Source of the DNA: Parcubacteria group bacterium
GTDB taxonomy: Bacteria > Patescibacteriota > Minisyncoccia > Phycocordibacterales > Phycocordibacteraceae
Direction: 5' to 3'
Length of the DNA stretch: 33,975 nt
Assembly (NCBI GenBank): GCA_028286505.1
Contig: JAQBRK010000024.1
Coordinates: forward strand, 1 to 33,975
In this document: piece by piece, positions 15,671 through 23,512 of the stretch
Layout: each line of letters opens with the position of its first letter
Numbering within the stretch: the first letter of the stretch is position 1
Notes under the pieces: model-generated
Databases searched by the model: none
What the model was told of the DNA's origin: nothing
Seen by the model: only the letters and a program-made list of their open reading frames with translations
Made by a program: the position numbers and the translations under genes

Positions 15671-15687
15671 GTGGTTTTTACCCTAAC

Positions 15688-16380
15688 TTATTTCTTCGTT
15701 GTCGTCGATGCGGTGGAAGTAGCGAACAAAGCCTTCGGGAATTCTTTCTCGAATTCTTCGAGCGTTGAGAATCCGTAGGAGCGTTTACCGTTTATCACGA
15801 AGGCAGGGAAGTTCTGTTGGACCTTCTCTACGGCCTCCAGGGTCCTTAGGGCTCCTAGATCGAGGTCATAGTCGAACGAGTACACACGAAGGCTTGGATA
15901 GGTCTGACGGAGGTAGGAAAGGGCATAACCTGCGCGGTCACAATCGGTACAGGTTCCCGGGACGTTCGAATAGAAGTAGAGCGCGACGGTGGGAGTGATA
16001 TGGCAAGTGGTGGCGAGGCGCTTCGTAAGAAGGTAATCCCGTATTTGGAGCAGTGTGTACTGTTTCTTGAGCTCGATTACCTGGGCGTTCTTGCTTCCCA
16101 GACGCGCCTCCGTGCTCGAGAGCCTATCGCCGAGCGTGCTCACTTCTTGCGAGAGTTCGTTGCCGGAGGCGATGTCTTCGCACGGTGCGTTCTCGAGGAG
16201 GGAGAACTGCGTCTCAAGCGAAAGGGTATCGGTCGCAAGCTGGCTCTGAATCGCGGTTAATTCCGAAAGGCGCTGGCGATCAAGGTAGTTGATGGCATAG
16301 ACGACGGTACCGATAATGAGCGCGGTTATCGCAAGCGCGAGTAGGGCATTTTTGAGAGCGAGCGGTGTGTTCTTAAGCAT
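15688..16380 (-). CDS. membrane-anchored coiled-coil protein with thioredoxin-fold CxxC domain
   Basis: 230 aa with an N-terminal TM helix (ALLALAITALIIGTVVYAI) and a coiled-coil-like segment. A CTDC (CxxC) motif sits in YFYSNVPGTCTDCDRAGYAL, followed by a glutaredoxin/DsbA-like tail (PAFVINGKRSYG). The -10-like TAGTAT is 6 nt from the ATG. Confidence 0.55.
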   Translation of the reverse strand: MLKNTPLALKNALLALAITALIIGTVVYAINYLDRQRLSELTAIQSQLATDTLSLETQFSLLENAPCEDIASGNELSQEVSTLGDRLSSTEARLGSKNAQVIELKKQYTLLQIRDYLLTKRLATTCHITPTVALYFYSNVPGTCTDCDRAGYALSYLRQTYPSLRVYSFDYDLDLGALRTLEAVEKVQQNFPAFVINGKRSYGFSTLEEFEKEFPKALFATSTASTTTKK

Positions 16381-16457
16381 ATCGAGATACTACCAGTAAT
16401 TACGCATGCTCAAAAGCGAGATACTGAGTAGTCTTGGGAAGACTGCTCAGGGAATTT

Positions 16458-16536
16458 CGAGGCGAGAGCGAGGAGTGAAGCGAGGCGTATGTGACTATAC
16501 GGCGAGTGAACACTGGAGCGAGCAACAAAGCAGATG
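16458..16536 (-). repeat. intergenic hairpin-element family, copy F (downstream of the GT2 gene, minus strand)
   Basis: Minus strand reads catctgctttgttgctcgctccagtg…CGTAT-agtcac-ATACG…cctcgcttcactcctcgctctcgcc. It is collinear with copy E and shares an identical 15-mer, ctcgcttcactcctc. A further 11 bp hairpin lies at 16424-16450. Confidence 0.6.
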
Positions 16537-16555
16537 CTCGCTTTTGACATGCGTT

Positions 16556-17794
16556 CTAGCGCCATGCCCGACGCGTGCCCGTAATAACGTCGAATAAAGA
16601 ACGGATGACCCAGAACGGTGCAATGAAAGCATACAGAAAAGTGTACCCTACAAGACCCATCGTAAGGTCCGTATCGGTCTTCGAAACGCTTCGGCCTATG
16701 AGCACGAAGCTGGTAGAAAGTACGAGTACGACGAAGCTGATAACGGTAATGAAACTTATCGGGGAGTAGAACCATTCGAGCGAGAAGCGCGGCATGAGGA
16801 TATATGCGAGTGGTACCCCCGAGGTGACGGTGAAAGTGTGGAATACGTCACTCGCCACTTGGCCGAGCGCGAGGAAGAAGAGTGCCATGCCTCCTATGAC
16901 CGCCACGAAACCTAGTGGAAGAATCATGATACCTAGCACACCGTACTTCGGGTTACCTACGAGGTCACGGTAATCCGTAAGTACGTTACGCAAGAAGCCC
17001 GTGGTCCAACGGGTACGCTGCTTGATAAGGCGAGGCACTGATTTAGGTACTTTGGTAAAGACGCGCGCGCGCGGCGCGTTCTCAATTTCATAGCCCGCGC
17101 GCTGCATGCGCAACGCCATTTCCATGTCCTCTGCCTGATGCGCGTGACGGAAACCGCCTATCTCGTCGATGACGGATTTGCGATACAGCGAGAAGGGGCC
17201 AGGCGTCACATAAATACCGTTCACTGCAGAAAGCGCATGGCGGAGAGCTATGCCGAAGATATATTCTGCATTCTGCATGCGCTCAAGCAGCGACTTCGGT
17301 TGGAATACGGACATCGCGGGAGTAGAAGCCGAAACATGTGGGTCAGCGAATGCGGCCATCATCTCGCGGAGTGCGTCCGGAGCGACGAATGAATCGGCGT
17401 CGAGGCAGCCGACGAATTCGCAGTCGTCAGCTATATCGATACCGGCATTTATGGCAGTGTGCTTTCCACCGTTTTCTTTGTGCAGAACGGTTATCTGCGG
17501 ATTACTCACGTAGCCGTCCATGACCTGTTGCGTCGAGTCGGTCGAACCGTCGTTGACGAGAATGATGCGAAGCCGGTCCTTCGGGTATTCAAGATTGAGG
17601 AGGGATTCGACCGTGCCGCCGATGGTGCTTTCCTCATTCCAGCAAGGAACGATGATGGCGACCTTGGGAGTGGCGTCGGTCGCCGGGCGGTTACGGCGGG
17701 CACGTGCGGGAGCGGAGAGGAAGGTGAGCAGCATGAAGACCTCGAAATAGAGTCCGAGGAAAATAAAGGGGTAGGCCAGTACTTCTAAATGCAT
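16556..17794 (-). CDS. processive family-2 glycosyltransferase (PgaC/IcaA/NodC/cellulose-synthase-like)
   Basis: 412 aa containing VAIIVPCWNEE, NDGSTDST, LDADS and the Q.xRW motif (QRTRWTTGF). TM helices flank the catalytic domain on both the N- and C-terminal sides. Confidence 0.8.
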   Translation of the reverse strand: MHLEVLAYPFIFLGLYFEVFMLLTFLSAPARARRNRPATDATPKVAIIVPCWNEESTIGGTVESLLNLEYPKDRLRIILVNDGSTDSTQQVMDGYVSNPQITVLHKENGGKHTAINAGIDIADDCEFVGCLDADSFVAPDALREMMAAFADPHVSASTPAMSVFQPKSLLERMQNAEYIFGIALRHALSAVNGIYVTPGPFSLYRKSVIDEIGGFRHAHQAEDMEMALRMQRAGYEIENAPRARVFTKVPKSVPRLIKQRTRWTTGFLRNVLTDYRDLVGNPKYGVLGIMILPLGFVAVIGGMALFFLALGQVASDVFHTFTVTSGVPLAYILMPRFSLEWFYSPISFITVISFVVLVLSTSFVLIGRSVSKTDTDLTMGLVGYTFLYAFIAPFWVIRSLFDVITGTRRAWR

Positions 17795-17822
17795 AAGCGA
17801 CGGACCCGCTAAAATAATCGCC

Positions 17823-17900
17823 AGCTTCGTTACGGCCTCCTGCCCAGCTCATTCGTCGTACCGTGAGTACGCCTGCTTCGCTGGTCTGTCCGCGCCTTGC
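17823..17900 (+). repeat. intergenic hairpin-element family, copy C (between divergent GT2 and pheS)
   Basis: AGCTTCGTTACGG…CCAGC (17844-48)…CGTAC-cgtga-GTACG (17857-71)…GCTGG (17880-84)…CCGCGCCTTGC (17890-900). It is collinear with copy A. The pair CCCGC/GCGGG in A becomes CCAGC/GCTGG here at identical offsets, which is a compensatory change. Confidence 0.65.
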
Positions 17901-17987
17901 CGGCACTCATTTTCGCCGCGTCCTATAGTGGGAGCATAGCAAATATAGCCTGTTTATTCTAGTTTTTGGCGTGTATACTGGCCCTAT

Positions 17988-18710
17988 ATGCCGGAAGGGA
18001 GCTTGCACCCCATAAGCGTCGCCATCCGCGAGTTTGCGGAGATTTTCGGCCGTATGGGCTTCGATATTGCCTACGGCCCCGAGCTTGAAGAGGAGTGGTA
18101 CAACTTCACCGCGCTCAACATGCCTCCTGACCACCCTGCGCGCGATATGCAGGACACGTTCTGGACAAAGGAATCGACACCGCGTGTACCGCGCACCCAT
18201 ACCACCTCGGTCACCATCCGCCTGCTTGAGAAAATGGCAAAGGAAGGCCTCACTACCTATCGAGCGATAGCTCCTGCAAAAGTCTTCCGTAACGAAGCAA
18301 CGGACATGACCCATGAGGCGCAATTCTTCCAGCTCGACGGGTTTGCCGTCGGTCCCGATATCACGCTCGCGCATTTGAAAGGAACGTTCGGTCGTTTCTA
18401 TAAGGAATATTTCGGTCCCGATGCGCAGGTACGTTTTCGTCCAAGTTACTTTCCGTTCACCGAACCGTCGGTCGAAGTCGACATGTGGTTCCAGCCGGAA
18501 GGTAAAGAGGGACGTTGGCTTGAGATGTGCGGAGCGGGCATGCTGCATCCCAACGTCATCAAGAATGCCGGACTAGACCCGGAAAAGATTCAAGGTTTCG
18601 CGTGGGGCGGTGGTCTCGAGCGTTTGGTGATGGTGAAATATGGCATTCCTGACGTCCGCCTCTTCCATTCGGGGGATATCCGTTTTACGGAGGGCTTTTC
18701 AAAAGTATAA
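17988..18710 (+). CDS. pheS: phenylalanine--tRNA ligase alpha subunit (catalytic core only, short form)
   Basis: 240 aa. HPISVAIREFAEIFGRMGF…FTALNMPPDHPARDMQDTFW…RTHTTSV…FRNEA.D.THEAQFFQLDG…FRPSYFPFTEPS…GAGMLHPNV…AWGGGLERL are class II PheRS alpha motifs. pheT follows 2 nt downstream. Confidence 0.9.
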   Translation: MPEGSLHPISVAIREFAEIFGRMGFDIAYGPELEEEWYNFTALNMPPDHPARDMQDTFWTKESTPRVPRTHTTSVTIRLLEKMAKEGLTTYRAIAPAKVFRNEATDMTHEAQFFQLDGFAVGPDITLAHLKGTFGRFYKEYFGPDAQVRFRPSYFPFTEPSVEVDMWFQPEGKEGRWLEMCGAGMLHPNVIKNAGLDPEKIQGFAWGGGLERLVMVKYGIPDVRLFHSGDIRFTEGFSKV

Positions 18711-18712
18711 CC

Positions 18713-20611
18713 ATGAAAATTTCCCGCACGTGGCTGCAGAAGTATTTCACCGACCCGCTTCCGGAAGCGGATGTCATTTCGGATGCGCTGACCTTCCATG
18801 TGGCCGAAGTCGAAGAAGTTACGCCCGAGTACTTCGACGTAAAAATCCTCCCGGACCGCGCCGCCTATATGCTTTCGCATCGCGGTGTCGCGCTCGAGCT
18901 CGCTGCAGCGCTCGGCGTGCCGCTTGCGCACGACCCGCTTCGTGAGGAAGTAGGGGAATTTCCCAAGACCGATGCGGTCTCGGTTTCCATAGAAGATGAA
19001 ACCGCATGCACGCGCTACATGGCAGGTCTCGTGCGAGGCGTACACGTTGGTCCCTCACCGGAGTGGTTGAAGTCGGCTCTTGAGTCGATAGGTCAGCGCT
19101 CGATTAATAATGTCGTGGACGCGACCAACTACGTGATGCTTAACGTAGGTCAGCCGCTGCATGCGTTCGATGCGAATAAGATTTCGAGCGAAAACGGTAC
19201 TCATGCGGTTGCTATACGAGCGGCAACCGAAGGCGAGAAAATAACTTCGCTCACGGGAGACGAATACGAACTCTCATCGACGACACTTCTCATTACGGAC
19301 GGCGGCACGGGCGCTCCGCTCGGTATTGCGGGCGTGAAGGGTGGGAAGCTCGCGCAGATAGACGACGCAACGACCGACCTCATCATCGAATCCGCGAATT
19401 TCGACGGTACGCTCGTACGACGTACCTCGCAGGCCCTCAAGCTTTGGACCGATGCCAGCCTCCGTTTCCAGAACCGCCCGTCGCCGGTACTTGCGAGCTA
19501 CGCCATGCGCGACGTCATCGCGCTTATCACGGACATTGCCGGAGGAGAACTCGTGGGCGTGGTTGATGCCTATCCGACTCTGTCAGAAACTATTCCGGTC
19601 ACGACATCGGTAGAAAAGATAAACGCACGTCTCGGCTCCTCATTCGTTCGAGAGGATGTTACGCGTGTCTTCGATACGCTCGGCTTTACGTACACCGAAG
19701 CAGAAGGAACGTTCACGGTGCTCCCACCCTTCGAACGACGCGACATCGTCATTGGGGAAGACCTTGCCGAAGAGGTAGGCCGCGTCGTCGGATACGACAC
19801 CATTCCCGCGACCGATCTGCCGGGCGTGCCGCAGCTCCCGAACCAAAGCGAATTCCGCGGTATCGAACGCGTTAAGGATTTCCTCGTCGAGCGCGGATTC
19901 ATCGAGGTCAGTACGCAGTCATTCGGGACCGAGGGCGATATTAAGCTCGAAAACCCGCTGCAAGACGACCGGCCCTGGCTGCGGGCATCACTTCTACCGA
20001 CCTTGCGTGACGCTCTCGTGCGCGCCGTACAGAATGCACCGCGCGTACTTGGTCCCGCACCTATCGTGAAGGTCTTCGAAGTCGGTAACACCTTCACCAA
20101 GGATGGAGAGTTCCTGCTTGTCGGGCTTGCTGCACGCGCGCTTGAAGGGAAAGGAGCCGAAGAGGCCCTGAAAGAATACGCAGCTACTATCCAGCAGGAA
20201 CTGCTTCAAAGTCCCGGTCACACGCATTTCTCACTCGACGGGAAATCGGTCGAGGTAGTACTTTCCTACGAAGACCTGGAGCGTCTCGGAGCCGATTACG
20301 AACCGAAGAAAGCCGTCCTTGGCGCTTACCATTCTTTTTCGGTGTATCCCTTCGCGCTTCGCGACATCGCCGTCTGGACACCCGCAGGTACCCAAAGCGA
20401 TTCCGTTGCGGAGCTCATTACAAAAGAAGCCGGAGAGCTTTTACTGCGCATTGACCAATTCGATAGCTTTGAAAAAGAGGGACGTGTTTCCTACGCGTTC
20501 CGTCTCGTATTCGAATCGAAGGAAAAGACCCTTTCGGACGCGGACCTCAATCCCGTTATGGAAAATGTAACCGCGACCCTTAATGCCCAGGGTGGATTCG
20601 AAGTTCGCTAG
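18713..20611 (+). CDS. pheT: phenylalanine--tRNA ligase beta subunit (short form)
   Basis: 632 aa. MKISRTWLQKYF…ALTFHVAEVEEV is the typical PheT N-terminus. INNVVDATNYVMLNVGQPLHAFD is a B3/4 domain motif. The gene is adjacent to pheS. Confidence 0.85.
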   Translation: MKISRTWLQKYFTDPLPEADVISDALTFHVAEVEEVTPEYFDVKILPDRAAYMLSHRGVALELAAALGVPLAHDPLREEVGEFPKTDAVSVSIEDETACTRYMAGLVRGVHVGPSPEWLKSALESIGQRSINNVVDATNYVMLNVGQPLHAFDANKISSENGTHAVAIRAATEGEKITSLTGDEYELSSTTLLITDGGTGAPLGIAGVKGGKLAQIDDATTDLIIESANFDGTLVRRTSQALKLWTDASLRFQNRPSPVLASYAMRDVIALITDIAGGELVGVVDAYPTLSETIPVTTSVEKINARLGSSFVREDVTRVFDTLGFTYTEAEGTFTVLPPFERRDIVIGEDLAEEVGRVVGYDTIPATDLPGVPQLPNQSEFRGIERVKDFLVERGFIEVSTQSFGTEGDIKLENPLQDDRPWLRASLLPTLRDALVRAVQNAPRVLGPAPIVKVFEVGNTFTKDGEFLLVGLAARALEGKGAEEALKEYAATIQQELLQSPGHTHFSLDGKSVEVVLSYEDLERLGADYEPKKAVLGAYHSFSVYPFALRDIAVWTPAGTQSDSVAELITKEAGELLLRIDQFDSFEKEGRVSYAFRLVFESKEKTLSDADLNPVMENVTATLNAQGGFEVR

Positions 20612-20612
20612 T

Positions 20613-21239
20613 ATGGCAAAGCATCTTTATTTCGTTCGTCATGGAGAAAGCACCTCGAATAAGGAACGCGTATTCATAGGCTCGGGAGCAACCCTTACCG
20701 AGGAAGGCAAGCGTCAAGCCGAACTAGTCGCCGAGCGGTTTACGCGTATCCCGATCGACGCACTTGTTTCAAGCTCCTTTATTCGGGCACGAGAGACCGC
20801 CGAACCTATAGCTAAAATCACCGGCCTGCCGATCGAAGAGAGTGACCTGCTCATCGAGCGCCGCCTACCATCGATACAGCGTGGGAAAAGCCATGATGAC
20901 CCCGAAGCCAAAAATCTGATAACGCTCCTTATAAATAACTTCGGAACGGAAGGTTTTCGTCATTCGGACGAAGAAAATTTCGATGACATAAAAAAACGAG
21001 CACTGGCGGCCATCTCATTTCTTGAGAACCATCCGGCAGAGCGTCTCTGTGTTGTCAGCCATGGAATATTCCTCCGCGCACTGTTTTGCGGATTCGTTTT
21101 CGGACCGACCTTCACAGGTCACGACTTCCGGCAGGCTTTCCGTGCTATGAGCACGAGCAATACCGGTATTTCCTACATTACAATAGGTGATTATGGGTGG
21201 ACCGTTTCTTCATGGAACGACTCCAATCATCTTGGCTAG
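20613..21239 (+). CDS. histidine phosphatase (phosphoglycerate mutase-like) family protein
   Basis: MAKHLYFVRHGESTSNKE contains the RHG motif. SSSFIRARETAEP and VVSHGIFLRAL (second catalytic His) are also present. The ATG is 1 nt after the pheT stop; the ORF-track start at 20583 overlaps pheT. Confidence 0.75.
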   Translation: MAKHLYFVRHGESTSNKERVFIGSGATLTEEGKRQAELVAERFTRIPIDALVSSSFIRARETAEPIAKITGLPIEESDLLIERRLPSIQRGKSHDDPEAKNLITLLINNFGTEGFRHSDEENFDDIKKRALAAISFLENHPAERLCVVSHGIFLRALFCGFVFGPTFTGHDFRQAFRAMSTSNTGISYITIGDYGWTVSSWNDSNHLG

Positions 21240-21240
21240 T

Positions 21241-21588
21241 ATGGATTACCTCACCATAGACTCGCTGACCGTTTCCGGTGCGCATGGGCACTATCCTCAC
21301 GAGCGCGAGAAGGAACAAGAATTCGAAGTGTCGCTCCGTGTCGGTACACATCTCTTGCGGGCAGGGCAGTCGGACGCGCTCGACGACACCATCGATTACG
21401 ACGTCTTGAAACGAACGGTGCTCGACGTCTTCGCCCACGAGACGCGGTTCCTCATCGAATCACTGGCAAACGAAATAGCGGAACGGATATTGCGCGACAC
21501 GCACGCACTTGAAGTAACGATAACTATTAAAAAGAAAGAGGTCTGGGACAACGGCGTTCCGGGTGTCTGCATTACGCGTCGCGTATAA
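21241..21588 (+). CDS. folB: dihydroneopterin aldolase
   Basis: 115 aa from ATG 21241. MDYLTIDSLTVSGAHGHYPHEREKEQEFEVSLRV…DDTIDYDVL…LIESLANEIAERIL fits the FolB pattern (i.gl…G….Er…Q.f.vdl…D.l.dTvdY…LiE.lAe.ia). Confidence 0.7.
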   Translation: MDYLTIDSLTVSGAHGHYPHEREKEQEFEVSLRVGTHLLRAGQSDALDDTIDYDVLKRTVLDVFAHETRFLIESLANEIAERILRDTHALEVTITIKKKEVWDNGVPGVCITRRV

Positions 21589-21590
21589 GT

Positions 21591-22196
21591 ATGACCGAAC
21601 CCAAAACCATACTACTTTTCGGAAAGCCCGGATCGGGAAAAGATACGCAGCTTCCTCTCATAGAAGAATATATCCGGACTAACGATGCCACACATCCGGT
21701 CGTTACGTTCCTGTGGGCAAAGGTTAGAGACGAGTTTATGAACGGGCCGTCATTCGCACAGAAACGAACACGGGAACTTACGAGTGCCGGAGAGCTGCTG
21801 CCAAAGTTCTTGGCTCCCGCAATTTGGACTTATGCTTTGCTTGATCTTTTACACGATAACGAACATTTGATCGTGGGCGGTCTGCCACGGCAGCTTATGG
21901 AGGCAGAGCTTTTCGAATCGCTCCTTGCTTTTTATGGCAGGACCAACGTTATTGTTATAAATCTGGAAATTTCAGAAGAAGATGCAAGGACGCGTATTCG
22001 TGAACGTGCGCAAAAAGAAAATCGTGCGGACGATTCCGCTGAAGAGCGTATCGATAGACGGATGGAATGGTTCAAGACCGATACGCTTCCGGTCCTCGAG
22101 TTCTTTAAAAAAAGCGACCGTTATCGGGTCATCGATATCGATGCCGCAGGGTCAGTCGAAGAGGTCAGTGCCCGCATCGCCGAGAGCCTTACCTAA
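21591..22196 (+). CDS. adk: adenylate kinase (short-LID type)
   Basis: P-loop LLFGKPGSGKDTQ, GGLPRQLMEAE (compare DGFPRt..QAe), and RADDSAEERIDRRMEWF (compare R.DD.ee.i..Rl..y). 201 aa. Confidence 0.7.
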   Translation: MTEPKTILLFGKPGSGKDTQLPLIEEYIRTNDATHPVVTFLWAKVRDEFMNGPSFAQKRTRELTSAGELLPKFLAPAIWTYALLDLLHDNEHLIVGGLPRQLMEAELFESLLAFYGRTNVIVINLEISEEDARTRIRERAQKENRADDSAEERIDRRMEWFKTDTLPVLEFFKKSDRYRVIDIDAAGSVEEVSARIAESLT

Positions 22197-22652
22197 TTCT
22201 CCGTGGGTGTAAAGTACATCGAATCCTTCTGAAAGTTCAGGTGGTTCCTCCAGCAACTTTTTTTCCATCCATTCCATAACGTCTTCCTTCACAGAAGTAG
22301 CACGTGAACGGTTCCGTTCACGTGCTACTTCTGCAGGTACCTCGAACACTACGCCGATTATGGGAGAAGCCCCGGCTGCACGAAGCAGCTCTATCACTTC
22401 AGCACGCTTCCAGCGTTCCAGGTTCGTATTGTCGAGTATCACTCCTTGGCCGGCCTCAAGCATGGCACGTATGCGCCGGTTAGATTCTTCCCATACTTCC
22501 TGATTGTGCGATTGATCGTGGATGTCCCCGAAGAGTTCTCCGCGTATCTCGTCTTTATTGATTCGGATCAGTCCATACTGCTCCGCTATTGCAGAGAGAA
22601 GGGTGGTCTTTCCCGACCCCGGAAGCCCGATGGAGACTATCGCGAGAGGCAT
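22152..22652 (-). CDS. P-loop kinase, AAA_33 / polynucleotide-kinase-like family
   Basis: MPLAIVSIGLPGSGKTTLL is a Walker A motif at the N-terminus. INKDEIR and ILDNTN fit small nucleic-acid/zeta-like kinase folds. TGA stop. The 3' end overlaps adk by 45 nt, tail-to-tail. The ORF-track start at 22712 adds 20 aa ahead of the P-loop. Confidence 0.6.
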   Translation of the reverse strand: MPLAIVSIGLPGSGKTTLLSAIAEQYGLIRINKDEIRGELFGDIHDQSHNQEVWEESNRRIRAMLEAGQGVILDNTNLERWKRAEVIELLRAAGASPIIGVVFEVPAEVARERNRSRATSVKEDVMEWMEKKLLEEPPELSEGFDVLYTHGELGKALGDAGTDLFD

Positions 22653-22702
22653 ACTACGCGAGTATATATTCTTGACTGAGGTGTGTAAATTAGGTACGGT
22701 GC

Positions 22703-23440
22703 ATGCGGACATCAGTGAAGAGGTGCTACATGCATAGAGACGCAGACCCCGACGTGACCGTCTTGTGCTTTCGGCATCCTCATACGGTTGCGAACGCCCA
22801 ACAGACGATCTCGAATAAAGCCACTCAGGTGCACCCTATCGGAGAGGCGCAAATCGAACACATGATCGCTACCGCACTCGCCGAAGGAGCGACACACTTC
22901 GTAACCAGCATGGCGGATCGTACGTGGGGCCCGGCCTTCCTGGCGGTTCTCAGTGAACTCGGGCGGTCGGGCGTGAGCCTTTCCTCGAGTCCGCTCTTCA
23001 ACGAATGGGAAAAACCGGTTGCCCTGCACGGACGAGGCCGGGACGAACCGCATTTAAGGGAGTACCTTCAGAAAAGGATCCGTAACTTCGGCCCTGACTA
23101 TGTGCCCGTGTACGAAGGCGAAGAGACCTACAAGGACTCGGTCAACATCGTCAAAGAGGCCTTGCTGTATTTCTCGAAGCTCGGTGAGACTCACAAGGTC
23201 ATCGCACACTTCGGGCATCGCAACCGTACGATGATGCTCAAGACCAGGGCGGTCTGGGGCTCGCTCCATCCGGACCTGTTCAAGAAATATTATTACAACT
23301 CAGGTTTCGATAACGGAGCTATGTTCAGGATCTGGTACGGACTGAAGTTCGCACCGGAAACGGGACTGGCGCCCGAGTGGGACTGGTGTACGGACGAGGG
23401 AGGGAATACTCATATCCCCCCACCGCTTCGCACGAGTTGA
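22703..23440 (+). CDS. hypothetical protein (possible divergent RH-motif phosphatase)
   Basis: 245 aa (236 aa if ATG 22730 is the start). VLCFRHPHT near the N-terminus and VIAHFGH later are faintly reminiscent of histidine-phosphatase RHG and second-His motifs. TGA stop, followed by a strong terminator. Confidence 0.5.
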   Translation: MRTSVKRCYMHRDADPDVTVLCFRHPHTVANAQQTISNKATQVHPIGEAQIEHMIATALAEGATHFVTSMADRTWGPAFLAVLSELGRSGVSLSSSPLFNEWEKPVALHGRGRDEPHLREYLQKRIRNFGPDYVPVYEGEETYKDSVNIVKEALLYFSKLGETHKVIAHFGHRNRTMMLKTRAVWGSLHPDLFKKYYYNSGFDNGAMFRIWYGLKFAPETGLAPEWDWCTDEGGNTHIPPPLRTS

Positions 23441-23445
23441 TGTAC

Positions 23446-23477
23446 GCCCCGCCGGCTCGCCGGCGGGGCACTTTTTT
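23446..23477 (+). terminator. rho-independent terminator of the 22703-23440 gene
   Basis: GCCCCGCCGG-ctcg-CCGGCGGGGC forms a 10 bp GC stem, followed by acTTTTTT. Confidence 0.85.
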
Positions 23478-23485
23478 ATATGAAA

Positions 23486-23509
23486 ATGGGACGGCCGAAG
23501 CCGTCCCAT
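23486..23509 (-). terminator. terminator hairpin of the EEP gene (minus strand)
   Basis: Minus strand reads ATGGGACGGC-ttcg-GCCGTCCCAT followed by TTTCA, starting 4 nt after the stop at 23513-23515. It lies back-to-back with the plus-strand terminator. Confidence 0.65.
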
Positions 23510-23512
23510 CAC

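Noticed and set aside
17823-17987. T-box or attenuator leader controlling pheS-pheT
   Set aside because: No T-box consensus or specifier-loop architecture is present. The structured segment is a copy of the hairpin-element family that also follows unrelated genes, and the -10 box sits only 8 nt from the pheS ATG.
20583-21240. Longer ORF-track starts: 20583, 21187, 24388, 14009, 7455, 5919, 29000, 28123, 22712, 15394
   Set aside because: These extensions overlap the upstream gene or promoter elements, start at GTG/TTG, or add residues ahead of conserved N-termini or paralog-matched starts. Downstream ATGs fit better, as detailed under each feature.
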